Source of the DNA: an uncultured Bacteroidota bacterium
GTDB taxonomy: Bacteria; Bacteroidota; Bacteroidia; Flavobacteriales_D; Parvicellaceae
Direction: 5' to 3'
Length of the DNA stretch: 64,000 nt
Assembly (NCBI GenBank): GCA_902536695.1
Contig: CACAYQ010000001.1
Span: 3,400 to 67,399, forward strand
In this document: piece by piece, positions 17,041-27,415 of the stretch
How the letters are laid out: each line of letters starts with the position of its first letter
Numbering within the stretch: the first letter of the stretch is position 1
The notes under the pieces: model-generated
The model's database searches: none
The model's input: the letters and a program-made list of their open reading frames with translations, nothing else
Told to the model about the DNA's origin: nothing
Position numbers and translations under genes: made by a program

Positions 17041-18903
17041 TCAAAAAATATATTTTTTTAAAAAATTATTTAGTACAATTATAGTCCAAATATGATAAGG
17101 TGCATTTCCGATCGGATTTTCAAACCAACTCTTTTTTAAGCTTACAATTCCTTTTTTTGATAATATTCCTTCTTTTACGGCCACATTATTTTCAAATATT
17201 TCATCATCAATAAAAGATTTTAATTTCCCTCTAAACCATTTGTCAAGAGGAATTTCAAATCCGTGCTTTCTGCGGTTAAATACTTCTACTGGTAATTCAT
17301 CTTTAAACGCATCTTTAAGTATTTTCTTTCTACTTGAGTGATCGATCTTATATTTAGAAGGTAGAGAAAAAACGTATTCTACCAATTTATGATCTAAAAA
17401 TGGAGTTCTAACTTCAAGGCTCTGGGACATACTCATTAGATCTACTTTTCTTAACATATCATTTTCAAGTACTAGATTAAAATCCATAAATAAGAAATCA
17501 TTAAAAACATCACCTGATTTATCAATATGTAATTCGTTTCTAACATCATAGTATAAATCAGAGAGCTGGTGAACCATTTCCTGATCCATGAATGAAGCCC
17601 ATTGAAAATACCTTTCTTCATTATTCAAATTTAGTCCCTGGTGTAATTTATGTAATTGTCTGCCCAAGTTGCCTAGTTTCGAATTTCTTGATGAGGGAAG
17701 TAGTTTAGATAAGTTCCCATAATTTTTAATGAGTTTTGTTTTCCAATTTTTTTGCAATGAAAAGTAAAGGGCCTGGTGTTTATTGTACCCACTAAACAAT
17801 TCATCAGCTCCATCTCCAGATAATGATACCGTGACGTGTTTTTTTGTTTCTTGAGAAAGTAAAAAAACATTGAGTGCTGAAGAATCTGCCATGGGTTCGT
17901 CTAGGTAATCTAAAAATTGATCTAAATGATTAAATAATTCCTTGTTTGTTAGCTGAAAGCAGTGGTGTTTTGAACCAATATGCTTTGCCACATCTGCTGC
18001 GTATTTTGACTCATCAAATAAGGGTTCATCAGGGAATCCGATAGAGAAAGTTTCTAAATTGGACTTGTGTTTTGCAGATATTGCAGAAACAATACTTGAA
18101 TCGATCCCTCCGCTTAAAAATGTGCCTAATGGTACATCTGAAATTAATCTTTTCTGAACAGCCTTGTTCAAAAGATCTTTTACTTTCCTTTGAGCAGTTG
18201 CGTAGTCGTCAGTACTTTTTTCACATGGATAATAAGTAAAATATTTTTCAATAGATACTTTTTTATTTTCTATTTCTATTAGACGTCCAGCTTGAAGTTT
18301 CTTTCCATTTTTTAAAATGGTTCTAGGTGAGGGTATGTATGTAAATTGTAAAAACTGGTTCAATGCAATTTGATCTAGTTCTTTACTTATTGGATAACAC
18401 ATCAACGATTTAAGCTCAGATGAAAATATGAACTGATTTTCCTGATGGCTATATAGTAGCGGCTTTATCCCGAATCGATCTCTTGCTAGTAAATAGTAGT
18501 TCTTGATTTTATCGTAAAAGCAGAATGCAAAAAATCCATTGAGTTTTTCTATAAACGATTTTCCCTCTAAAATCAGCCCATTTAAAAGTACTTCTGTATC
18601 AGATGAAGTTTTTATGTTAACGCCATAACTTTTTTCTAAATCACTTCTTAAATTATCAAAATTGTAAATTTCACCGTTGAAAATAATGGTATATCGATTA
18701 TTTTCTGATATCATGGGTTGGTTAGCTGCTGGAGAAGTATCTAATATACTTAGTCTGGTGTGACCTAACTCGCAATTTTCATCTCTATATATTCCATGTG
18801 CATCAGGACCTCTGTTTTTTAATTTTTGTAGTGCGGAGTCCAGATGAGATTTGGGGTGATCTATAGGTTGATTAAGTGAAATAAAACCAGCAATTCCACA
18901 CAT
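17041..18903 (-). CDS. asnB: asparagine synthase (glutamine-hydrolysing) family amidotransferase
   Basis: 620 aa. N-terminal nucleophile MCGIAGF, PP-loop SGGIDSS and LSGDGADELFSGY. Confidence 0.88.
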   Translation of the reverse strand: MCGIAGFISLNQPIDHPKSHLDSALQKLKNRGPDAHGIYRDENCELGHTRLSILDTSPAANQPMISENNRYTIIFNGEIYNFDNLRSDLEKSYGVNIKTSSDTEVLLNGLILEGKSFIEKLNGFFAFCFYDKIKNYYLLARDRFGIKPLLYSHQENQFIFSSELKSLMCYPISKELDQIALNQFLQFTYIPSPRTILKNGKKLQAGRLIEIENKKVSIEKYFTYYPCEKSTDDYATAQRKVKDLLNKAVQKRLISDVPLGTFLSGGIDSSIVSAISAKHKSNLETFSIGFPDEPLFDESKYAADVAKHIGSKHHCFQLTNKELFNHLDQFLDYLDEPMADSSALNVFLLSQETKKHVTVSLSGDGADELFSGYNKHQALYFSLQKNWKTKLIKNYGNLSKLLPSSRNSKLGNLGRQLHKLHQGLNLNNEERYFQWASFMDQEMVHQLSDLYYDVRNELHIDKSGDVFNDFLFMDFNLVLENDMLRKVDLMSMSQSLEVRTPFLDHKLVEYVFSLPSKYKIDHSSRKKILKDAFKDELPVEVFNRRKHGFEIPLDKWFRGKLKSFIDDEIFENNVAVKEGILSKKGIVSLKKSWFENPIGNAPYHIWTIIVLNNFLKKYIF

Positions 18904-18948
18904 TAATTTTTCTTTTTTGGCTAATTTAACGATTGGAACGAATTTTGG

Positions 18949-20385
18949 TTGTATTTACTTATGCTTTTGCGCTTTCTAATCTTATTTTTTTTTCATTTAA
19001 ACTTATTTTTTGTTGTTGCTCAACATAACGAATTAGAAACAGCTCTCGAAAAATTTAAAAATAATGCTAATCTTACTTCAGCTCACATTGGTGTTCAATT
19101 GTTAGACTCCGATGGGGAAACAAAATTACTGAGTTACCAAGATGATAAACTATTTATACCCGCTTCAGTCACTAAGCTATGGACAACAGCCATGGCTACG
19201 AGGACATTAAAGCCTAAGTATAAGTTCAAAACTGTTGTAGGCTATTGTGGAGAGTTAGATACTTCAAATCATACATTGAAGGGAGATTTATATTTTATAA
19301 TGACTGGTGACCCAAGTCTTGAGAGTAGGTTCATAGAGCAAAGTTTTTTAAACGATTTAAGACAAATATTAATTAAGCGAAAAATAAAGGTTATAGAAGG
19401 AAGTATAAAAATAATACCTGCGGATGATAACTATCACACTTGCAGCCAATGGTTATGGAGTGATTTGGGAAATTACTACGGGGCAGGATATTCCACCTCA
19501 ACTTTTATGGATAATATGCTTGAATTGTATTTTAATACTAATTTTTCTATTGGTGATACTTGCAAAATTTTAAATGTAATACCCAACTCAGCTACTTTTC
19601 TGTTAACCAACGAAGTTACCGTTGGAAACCAAAATCGTGATTTATCCTATGCTTTTGGAGCACCTTTGCAGGAAGAAAGGGTTATAAAGGGTAAACTACC
19701 AAAAAGAAATTCACCTTATAAGGTAAAAGTGTCTATGCATGATCCAAAAGATTTTTTAAATGAATCAATTAAAGAGTTGATGAAACTTTTAAACATAAGA
19801 GAACTAAACAATTCATTTGCTTTGAATACACTAACAGATACTTTAATGGTGTATCATTCACCAGAACTGAGTGAACTTGTTAAAATAGTCAATTTTGAGA
19901 GCAATAATAATTATGCAGAGCACCTCATGGTAGAGTGCTCAAAAGAATATACCGATTTTCTTCACATTGATACTGCTGCGACATTCATGGAAAGTTATTG
20001 GTCTCAAAGCTTTCTAAACGAAGTTTATTTTAGCGATGGTTCAGGATTATCCAGAAAGAACTTAGTAACTCCTCAAGCCATGAACGGACTACTTGTACAT
20101 ATTATGAAAGATTTTTATCCAAATGAGAAAGAATGCATATTGGGTTCTCTCCCAGTTGCTGGAATTTCAGGTACATTAAAATATATTGGTAAAAAAACAG
20201 CAATTGAAGGTAATTTTATAGGTAAAAGCGGATCTATGGGTGGAGTTAGATGTTATACGGGTTATCTTAAAAAAAACAAGGAATACTTTCCATTTACGGT
20301 TATGGTGAATCATTTTTTAGTTTCTGATGCTAAAGTCAGAAGAGCTATAGAAAATCTAATGGAGGAAATCTATCTAGCCTTATAG
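18949..20385 (+). CDS. dacB: D-alanyl-D-alanine carboxypeptidase/endopeptidase (PBP4, peptidase S13)
   Basis: 478 aa with a signal peptide. SxxK motif PASVTKLWTT, SNN motif FESNNNYAE and KSG motif GKSGSMGG. The start codon is uncertain (TTG 18949 or ATG 18961). Confidence 0.85.
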   Translation: MYLLMLLRFLILFFFHLNLFFVVAQHNELETALEKFKNNANLTSAHIGVQLLDSDGETKLLSYQDDKLFIPASVTKLWTTAMATRTLKPKYKFKTVVGYCGELDTSNHTLKGDLYFIMTGDPSLESRFIEQSFLNDLRQILIKRKIKVIEGSIKIIPADDNYHTCSQWLWSDLGNYYGAGYSTSTFMDNMLELYFNTNFSIGDTCKILNVIPNSATFLLTNEVTVGNQNRDLSYAFGAPLQEERVIKGKLPKRNSPYKVKVSMHDPKDFLNESIKELMKLLNIRELNNSFALNTLTDTLMVYHSPELSELVKIVNFESNNNYAEHLMVECSKEYTDFLHIDTAATFMESYWSQSFLNEVYFSDGSGLSRKNLVTPQAMNGLLVHIMKDFYPNEKECILGSLPVAGISGTLKYIGKKTAIEGNFIGKSGSMGGVRCYTGYLKKNKEYFPFTVMVNHFLVSDAKVRRAIENLMEEIYLAL

Positions 20386-20388
20386 TAA

Positions 20389-21225
20389 TTAAGGAAATTT
20401 TGGATACTTTTTGAAATCTGGCTTTCTTTTTTCTAAAAAAGCATTTTTTCCCTCCTCAGCTTCTTCTGTGCCGTAAGCCAATCTTGTTGCTTCCCCAGCA
20501 TAAATTTGTTGTCCAACTAATCCATCATCAATTAAATTAAAACCAAATTTGATCATTTTTATGGCAGTAGGACTTTTCATCATTATCTCTTGAGCCCAGT
20601 CATAAGCAGTTTGTTCAAGTTTTTCGTGTGGTACTACTTTATTAACCATCCCCATTTCGTAAGCTTCTTGTGCGGAATAATCACGACCCAGGAAAAATAT
20701 TTCACGTGCTCTTTTTTGTCCTACTTGTCTAGCTAAATATGCTGATCCAAAACCACCATCAAAGCTTGCCACATCTGCGTCAGTTTGTTTAAAAATCGCA
20801 TGCTCTTGACTAGCTAAAGTCATATCACAAACAACATGCAAACTGTGTCCTCCACCAACGGCCCAGCCTGGTACGACTGCAATAACTACCTTGTTCATGA
20901 ACCTAATTTGTCGCTGTACATCTAAAATGTTAAATTTATTAACTCCATCAAGGCCTTTGTATCCTCTTTTTGCTCTAACCCGTTGATCTCCCCCTGAACA
21001 AAAAGCCCATCCACCATCTTTTGGAGAAGGTCCTTCTCCTGAAATAAGTACTACTCCTACATCTTGACTTTCATGACATATGACAAGTGCATCCAAAAGT
21101 TCATCTACTGTTTTTGGTCTAAACGCATTTCTCACTTCTGGACGATTGAATGCTATTCTTGCAACCCCATCTGCCATTTTAAATGTGATATCATCGTATT
21201 CTCTAATGGTTTTCCAGCGGATCAT
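20389..21225 (-). CDS. menB: 1,4-dihydroxy-2-naphthoyl-CoA synthase
   Basis: 278 aa crotonase-fold protein. VARIAFNRPEVRNAFRP, FCSGGDQRVR and GWAVGGGHSLHVVCD. Confidence 0.95.
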   Translation of the reverse strand: MIRWKTIREYDDITFKMADGVARIAFNRPEVRNAFRPKTVDELLDALVICHESQDVGVVLISGEGPSPKDGGWAFCSGGDQRVRAKRGYKGLDGVNKFNILDVQRQIRFMNKVVIAVVPGWAVGGGHSLHVVCDMTLASQEHAIFKQTDADVASFDGGFGSAYLARQVGQKRAREIFFLGRDYSAQEAYEMGMVNKVVPHEKLEQTAYDWAQEIMMKSPTAIKMIKFGFNLIDDGLVGQQIYAGEATRLAYGTEEAEEGKNAFLEKRKPDFKKYPKFP

Positions 21226-21232
21226 ATTTGTT

Positions 21233-22906
21233 TTACTTTTTAATTACGCTAAAGTAGTCATTTAGAATTTTTTCATTTTCAACATTACCAGTGAAAAACT
21301 CTACTATCTCAAATTGATTACTTTCCAAAATAGATGGTATAATTTGCTCCGCCTCATTTTCGTTTTTAGCACAGTGGTAATTTAAATGATGAGTCTGGGC
21401 AATACTTTTAAGACTTAGTTCGTGTTTTGTCTCAAAATATTCTTCAAGAAATGGGGTGTTTTTAGGTCCTGAAATAATTTTAAAAATTCCACCTCCTTGA
21501 TTATTGAAAACAAATAGCTTTAAGTTATTAGGTATATAGTTATTCCATAATCCATTTTGGTCATAAATAAAACTCAGATCACCTGTGATTAATATATTCG
21601 TTTTAGAATGTACACTTGCACTCCCTATAGCGGTTGAAGTGGATCCCTCGATTCCGCTTATTCCTCTGTTTCCAAAGTAATTTAAGTTCTTTTTGGTGTC
21701 AAATAGTTGAATGTATCTAACACTTGCACTGTTTCCCATTTGAATGATGAAATTATGATTCAAATATTTCTGTAGAATGTAATGGGCTTTTAAGTCAGAC
21801 CATATACATGATTTTTCAAAAATAGCGTGGTTTTTTGATGCTATTAAATCTTCTTTTTTCCAAAGCTTCTGAAATTCATTTTCTTCTTTTTTATCTTTTA
21901 CATGGCTTGTTAACTGTTTTAGAAAATTTTTGGGTTCAATAGGTAAAAATGCAGTAAGTGAAGAAAACACATCTTGCGCTCTGTTTGTATCCTCAATATG
22001 CCAATGTTCAACAGGGTTATACTTTCTAAATAACTTTTTTAATTTTTTGGAAATGATTGAATTTCCAATAGTCATCACCAGCTCAGGTAAGAATTCTGGC
22101 CTGCCGTAAATTCTTTCTAGTGTCCTGTCAATGCAGCTGATTATATGATCACCATAAATATTGGATGTGCTTTCAGATAGAATACATACATCCTGTCGCT
22201 GATGCAATTTGCTTATGGTGTTATTTAGCTCATCGTCAGGATTTAAAGAACCACATACAATCATTTTTTTTTGAAATTTATTCCATCTTTTCAATAAGAT
22301 TTGAAATTGATCATTTGAAATTTGTTTACTTATACCTACATATTCAATTTTTCTTACTTCCTTTTCTGCTTGCGGTACTGTTTTATAAAGTGGTTCTCTA
22401 AATGGAAAGTTGAGGTGAACGGGCTTAGAAGTTGTTTTTGCAGTTTGAATGGCTTCATTTATAATTACACCGGTTTGCCACAGTGCATCAGGGTGATCAA
22501 GCATAGGTAGCTGATAGCTCTTTTCAATATAATTTGAATAAATGTTTTGTTGTCTCATAGATTGGCCTTCGCCATGATCTATCCATTCTGGAGGTCTGTC
22601 AGCAGTTATTACAATAAGAGGGACTTTTTGATAATAAGCTTCTGCAACTGATGGGGCATAATTTAAAGTTGCGCTTCCAGAAGTAGAGCATATGACAGCA
22701 GGTTTTTTAGTCTGTTGTGCAATGCCTAAAGCATAAAACCCTGCTGATCGTTCATCCACAATAACTTTTTTCTCAAAAAATGATGAACTATTAAATCCTA
22801 TAACAAGGGGAGCATTTCTAGATCCAGGTGAGAAAATGACATGTTTTATAAGATGTTGCTCTAGAAGTTGAATCAATACTTGGACCCTGTAAGATGCTGA
22901 AGTCAT
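21233..22906 (-). CDS. menD: 2-succinyl-5-enolpyruvyl-6-hydroxy-3-cyclohexene-1-carboxylate synthase
   Basis: 557 aa ThDP enzyme. SPGSRNAPL, CSTSGSATLNYAPSVAEAY, TADRPPE and GDLSFIYD. Confidence 0.92.
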   Translation of the reverse strand: MTSASYRVQVLIQLLEQHLIKHVIFSPGSRNAPLVIGFNSSSFFEKKVIVDERSAGFYALGIAQQTKKPAVICSTSGSATLNYAPSVAEAYYQKVPLIVITADRPPEWIDHGEGQSMRQQNIYSNYIEKSYQLPMLDHPDALWQTGVIINEAIQTAKTTSKPVHLNFPFREPLYKTVPQAEKEVRKIEYVGISKQISNDQFQILLKRWNKFQKKMIVCGSLNPDDELNNTISKLHQRQDVCILSESTSNIYGDHIISCIDRTLERIYGRPEFLPELVMTIGNSIISKKLKKLFRKYNPVEHWHIEDTNRAQDVFSSLTAFLPIEPKNFLKQLTSHVKDKKEENEFQKLWKKEDLIASKNHAIFEKSCIWSDLKAHYILQKYLNHNFIIQMGNSASVRYIQLFDTKKNLNYFGNRGISGIEGSTSTAIGSASVHSKTNILITGDLSFIYDQNGLWNNYIPNNLKLFVFNNQGGGIFKIISGPKNTPFLEEYFETKHELSLKSIAQTHHLNYHCAKNENEAEQIIPSILESNQFEIVEFFTGNVENEKILNDYFSVIKK

Positions 22907-22917
22907 TAGGCGAATTT

Positions 22918-23907
22918 CTATATTTTTTTGATTACTGACAAAAGCGTTTCGGCTTTAATTTCTGTTTCACGAAATTCGTCTTCAGGTTTACTTTCAGCTG
23001 TAATACCACCGCCAACATATAAGCTTAATTTATTCTGGAAAATTTTAGCACATCTAAGGTTTACAAATATTTCAGTAAAATCATTATCTAAAAAGCCAAG
23101 ATACCCACAGTATAAATCTCTATCGTGAGATTCATTTTCATGAATCCAATTTATAGCTTTTTGGGGTGGCAAACCTGCTACAGCTGGTGTAGGGTGGAGT
23201 TGATTAAGAAATTCATTTAAATCCGTATCCAATTTGAATTTGAATTTTTGATTTAAATGTTTGATGTTTCCTGCAACAAATTCTTCGGAGCTTGATTCAT
23301 ATTCAAGTTTTCCTTGGCTTTTGATTATTTCTCTTACAAAATCAGTTACGTATTGATGTTCATTAATTTCTTTGTTTCCCCATTTCTTATAATCATTTTT
23401 CTCTTTACTCCCTGCTAATGCTTGAGTTTGATAAGATGTGGAGTTTCCACTAATCAATATTTCTGGAGTTACCCCGATCCATAATCCAAATTCAGCGTGA
23501 TTTAGTATGTATTTGAATCCGTGACTATATGAATCACATAGGTGCTTAAAAATATCGAAAGCATTTTTCACATCATACGTTTCTTGTTTAATTCTGCTTA
23601 AAATGCATTTTTTAAAATATCCATTCTTACATTTTTCAATTATATCTGAAGCATGTTGTATGTAAGTGATTTTTTTTTCCGGAATTTCTGTATTAATGTG
23701 ACTAGTTTCTATGTAGACATTTTCTTTTAGTGTATTAAAGGATGTGATTAAATGAAATATTTCTCCTTTAAATGTACTTAAAACAAACGCATTTGAAATT
23801 GCATTAACAGAACTTTTCTTTTTCCATTCCCCTATTCCGATATATGAAATATTGGAGTGAGGTTTTTGAAAAATGACAAATTCTTTTTTGTCATTTAAAT
23901 GAATCAT
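22918..23907 (-). CDS. menF: isochorismate synthase (short chorismate-binding form)
   Basis: 329 aa. LHPTPAVAGLP, RDLYCGYLG and VGGGIT are chorismate-binding-enzyme strings. It sits in the men cluster. Confidence 0.85.
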   Translation of the reverse strand: MIHLNDKKEFVIFQKPHSNISYIGIGEWKKKSSVNAISNAFVLSTFKGEIFHLITSFNTLKENVYIETSHINTEIPEKKITYIQHASDIIEKCKNGYFKKCILSRIKQETYDVKNAFDIFKHLCDSYSHGFKYILNHAEFGLWIGVTPEILISGNSTSYQTQALAGSKEKNDYKKWGNKEINEHQYVTDFVREIIKSQGKLEYESSSEEFVAGNIKHLNQKFKFKLDTDLNEFLNQLHPTPAVAGLPPQKAINWIHENESHDRDLYCGYLGFLDNDFTEIFVNLRCAKIFQNKLSLYVGGGITAESKPEDEFRETEIKAETLLSVIKKI

Positions 23908-24332
23908 TAGAGAGAGGGTCTTTTTAGAATCATGACTGTTAATCTACATAACGAAACCAGCTTATCTTGTTCATTTCTGATTTCAATATTCCAAATGTGT
24001 GTAGTTCTACCTTTATGTACAAGAGTTCCTTTCCCAGTAACATATCCTTCATGTGCACTTCCTACATGATTTGCATTAATTTCTAGTCCTACCGCAGATT
24101 CTTTTTTTTTGTCTATTATTATGTATGAACCTGTACTTCCAATAGATTCGGCAAGTGAAACACTTGCACCACCATGAAGAATTCCCATGGGTTGTGAAGT
24201 TTCATCCTTTACAGGCATTTTAGCTTTAATATAATTTTCTCCTATTTCGGTAAATTCAATTCCAAGATGTGTAAGTAGGGTCCCTTGGGATATTATGTTT
24301 AAATGTGCTGGAGTTAGATTTTCTGGAAACAT
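23907..24332 (-). CDS. hotdog-fold (PaaI-type) thioesterase, probable 1,4-dihydroxy-2-naphthoyl-CoA hydrolase
   Basis: 141 aa with the GILHGGASVSLAES motif. It overlaps menF by 1 nt (TAATG), so function is inferred from operon context. Confidence 0.75.
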   Translation of the reverse strand: MFPENLTPAHLNIISQGTLLTHLGIEFTEIGENYIKAKMPVKDETSQPMGILHGGASVSLAESIGSTGSYIIIDKKKESAVGLEINANHVGSAHEGYVTGKGTLVHKGRTTHIWNIEIRNEQDKLVSLCRLTVMILKRPSL

Positions 24333-24334
24333 AT

Positions 24335-27331
24335 CTATTTTTTGATTATCAGCTTATTCGTCTTGTTTTTGCCCGTGACTACGTAGTAAACTCCGTTAGC
24401 CATCTTAACTTGAATAGTTTGTGTAGTTGACCTATTAATCACGTCTTGATGATGTATTTCTTTACCACTAATATCGAAAATTTTCACATAATTGGGAAGG
24501 TCTTTAATAGACCTAAATTCTAAGATAAAATTCCCGTTACTTGGATTTGGCTTCAAGATAAATTTGTTTCCAACGTATTCATTTAATCCAGTATTGGTGT
24601 TGATTATGGTAATATCAATTTGATCTTGATCAAAACAATTTCCATTCGACCCTGTAAATGTTACTTGATATGCACCAGTAGAAGTATAAGCATGTGAAGT
24701 ATTTTGTGTTGTTGCAGAATTTCCATCATCAAAGTCCCACAAGTATTGTGTTGCATTTGTAGCTGTTCCATAAAAGTCCAGAAATGCATAGGTGTATCCA
24801 AATGTATTACTTGATGTAGCACTTACTTGTGGAGTGGGTGAAACATTAACAGTAGTATTTGTAGAAACAGAGCATCCATATGCATCTATCAATGTAACTG
24901 TATATGTTGTAGTCGAATTAGGTGAAACCACTATTGTAGATCCACTACCCAAATTATTATCCCATTGGTATGTACCGGCACTACCTGCTCCAGAAGCAAT
25001 CAATGTGGCATTGTCACCCTGGCAAATGGTTTGATTTTGACTAATTGTTGGAATAAAAGTTAGCTCTGCAATGATGTAATGAGCTAAAGTGTATCCCCAA
25101 GAACTTGAAGATGAATATGGATACCAAAGGCCATTTGACCATTGTTCCCACGCAGTATTATTAGAATTAGCGTTATCGTAGTTGGTTACAATTCCTAAAA
25201 CGTCATTATTCCCAAAATTATTCATGGTTATTCCGCCAAAAAATTGACCATTAGAAACAGTTATGGGAGTTGGGAAATTAACTGTGTAAAGTCCTGAGTA
25301 ATTTGACCCACTCAAGGCTGATTCTATGGTAGCTAAACTTTCAGAAACAGATCCTAAAATATTAGATGTGGGTTGTCCGTTAGCACTTGCCCATATGTTG
25401 AAGTCAATCGTTGCATTTTGGCTAACGGCATTTACGTTATAGAAATAAATGGAAATGCTTTTTATGGTATTGTACCAAGGATTTGAAATACTAAAATATT
25501 CTGCTTTGGAAATATCAGCATAACTATTCCAACCGGAAATGAAACCATTTCCTTGAGGATAAACAGTAAGAGATTGACCAGTAGGTATATTATTCATTGT
25601 TGGACAACCACTTGTTTGATTTTGGTTGACTGTTATTGTCAGGTTAGAAGTACATGTCATTCCGCCGCTGGTTGCAGTTAATTGAACTTCATATGTTCCC
25701 TGATTCCCAAATGTAATATTAGTAGGATTTTGTGTATTAGAGGTAGAAGGAGAAACTCCACCTAAGCCATATACATCAAAATTCCAACTCCAAGTAGTAT
25801 TTGTAGAACTAGCTGTTCCATAAAAATCAATATTACCTCCTGCATTTAAAGAACTAGCGCTAGAATTTGCAGAACAGGTAAGTGTGGTTCCAGTTCCACA
25901 AGGTGCATATGTGCCATCAATAGATGTCGGATTTGAATTAGTAGGATCTAGCCAAGGAGCAAGTTGTGATCCATTATTACTACCATTGTTATTCCAGTTT
26001 TCTGACATTTTTCCGTATAAATCTGAATAGTTGGTATTAAAACAAGAAGATGATCCGCCACTAAGTTGTCCAACTACTCTTTTATTCTGATCAAAAATAG
26101 GAGAACCTGACGAACCCCCTTCTGTTACGCCATAACCATTAATGGTTGATGTCCAATACACTTCCCAATGTGCGTTGTAAGCACCACCATTATAGGTATC
26201 ACTGGTTAAATTACTTGAATAACTTGAAATTTTCTTAGCACTTCCCGCTGGATGATGAATACTAACGCCATTTGTTGGATTCGAATTAGATCTATCCCAT
26301 CCAGCATAATAAGCGTTGTAGGAGTTAGGAATATTACTATTTAATTCAACAAGCGTAAAATCCGAACCCGCTACTTGATTATTTCCAGGTGGATTATTCA
26401 ACGTACCGCTTCCAGAAGTAGCTCTGACAATTCCATTTATCATAGTTTCATTCCCTTTTGGAGGGTTAACTCCATTGTTACTTGGTTGACATGAAGTTTT
26501 TTGATAATTCCAATACCACGTTACTCCAGATAAATTTTGATTTGCAGTGTGTTCACCACAATGCCATGCTGACAAAATATACGGTGTGCAATCTTGTGCT
26601 GTATTATTTAGAACAGATGCAGAACAAACGTAGGTATAACCGAGTTCAGTGAATGTGAAATGAACTACAGCATCAATTTGTTCTCCCCACCCGTTGTTTT
26701 CAGGTGAACAAGCTACATCAACTTGACAATAGTCGGCCCTTATTGGATCACTAATTCCCTTTGGATCATCGAAATAGCTTAAAAAATCTTCAAAGCCTCT
26801 AAAAATATAACTGACTTCAGAAATTGAAATCTTAAAATCTCCCTTAGTGTCCTTGAGTTGATGATATTCAATAATAGTAGATTCACCTTGAACTAATTGT
26901 GTGTGAGTTATAGGATTGGTGATGTTTCTAGAAGAAGTGAATTTACCCACAATTTGATTTTTATTTTGGTTATACAAAAATAATTCACCTCCCTCCGGAA
27001 TGTAAAGTGTTGAGTAATGAAAGTTTAATGCAGTCGCACCTGTAGAAGTTACTTTTAAAAACCATGATTTTGAACCATCAGGGTACTGAACCCACGTTCC
27101 AGTATTTTCAGCATTTAAATGGACACTTTTTAATATTCCTACGCAATATTTGGATTTATTTGTGTTAACTGCTGCTTGAATTTCAGATGCAGATGGGGCA
27201 GGTATTTGCAACTCTTGAATTTGAATATTAGTTCTATGAGCAAATGAGTAGGGCTTGCCCCCTTCAGAAATTTGTGAATAGAAAATTAAGGTGTAAAATA
27301 GGGATAAAAATAATAACGTTTTTTTGAGCAT
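24335..27331 (-). CDS. T9SS-secreted trypsin-fold serine endopeptidase (lysyl-endopeptidase-like) with PKD domains and a type-A CTD
   Basis: 998 aa with a signal peptide. Catalytic strings SAWHCGEH (His), GSDFTLVEL (Asp) and TEGGSSGSPIF (Ser). Two PKD-like segments (WSWNFD..., YLWDFDDGNS). C-terminal sorting domain KPNPSNGNFILEF...IFDISGKEI...GVYYVV. Confidence 0.8.
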   Translation of the reverse strand: MLKKTLLFLSLFYTLIFYSQISEGGKPYSFAHRTNIQIQELQIPAPSASEIQAAVNTNKSKYCVGILKSVHLNAENTGTWVQYPDGSKSWFLKVTSTGATALNFHYSTLYIPEGGELFLYNQNKNQIVGKFTSSRNITNPITHTQLVQGESTIIEYHQLKDTKGDFKISISEVSYIFRGFEDFLSYFDDPKGISDPIRADYCQVDVACSPENNGWGEQIDAVVHFTFTELGYTYVCSASVLNNTAQDCTPYILSAWHCGEHTANQNLSGVTWYWNYQKTSCQPSNNGVNPPKGNETMINGIVRATSGSGTLNNPPGNNQVAGSDFTLVELNSNIPNSYNAYYAGWDRSNSNPTNGVSIHHPAGSAKKISSYSSNLTSDTYNGGAYNAHWEVYWTSTINGYGVTEGGSSGSPIFDQNKRVVGQLSGGSSSCFNTNYSDLYGKMSENWNNNGSNNGSQLAPWLDPTNSNPTSIDGTYAPCGTGTTLTCSANSSASSLNAGGNIDFYGTASSTNTTWSWNFDVYGLGGVSPSTSNTQNPTNITFGNQGTYEVQLTATSGGMTCTSNLTITVNQNQTSGCPTMNNIPTGQSLTVYPQGNGFISGWNSYADISKAEYFSISNPWYNTIKSISIYFYNVNAVSQNATIDFNIWASANGQPTSNILGSVSESLATIESALSGSNYSGLYTVNFPTPITVSNGQFFGGITMNNFGNNDVLGIVTNYDNANSNNTAWEQWSNGLWYPYSSSSSWGYTLAHYIIAELTFIPTISQNQTICQGDNATLIASGAGSAGTYQWDNNLGSGSTIVVSPNSTTTYTVTLIDAYGCSVSTNTTVNVSPTPQVSATSSNTFGYTYAFLDFYGTATNATQYLWDFDDGNSATTQNTSHAYTSTGAYQVTFTGSNGNCFDQDQIDITIINTNTGLNEYVGNKFILKPNPSNGNFILEFRSIKDLPNYVKIFDISGKEIHHQDVINRSTTQTIQVKMANGVYYVVTGKNKTNKLIIKK

Positions 27332-27415
27332 TGAATGGGTTAAATTTAGTCCTGCAAAAGTAGTTTATTTAAGTCTATTATCATAATTTTACCCTTAAAG
27401 AAAAACCTTCTTTTT

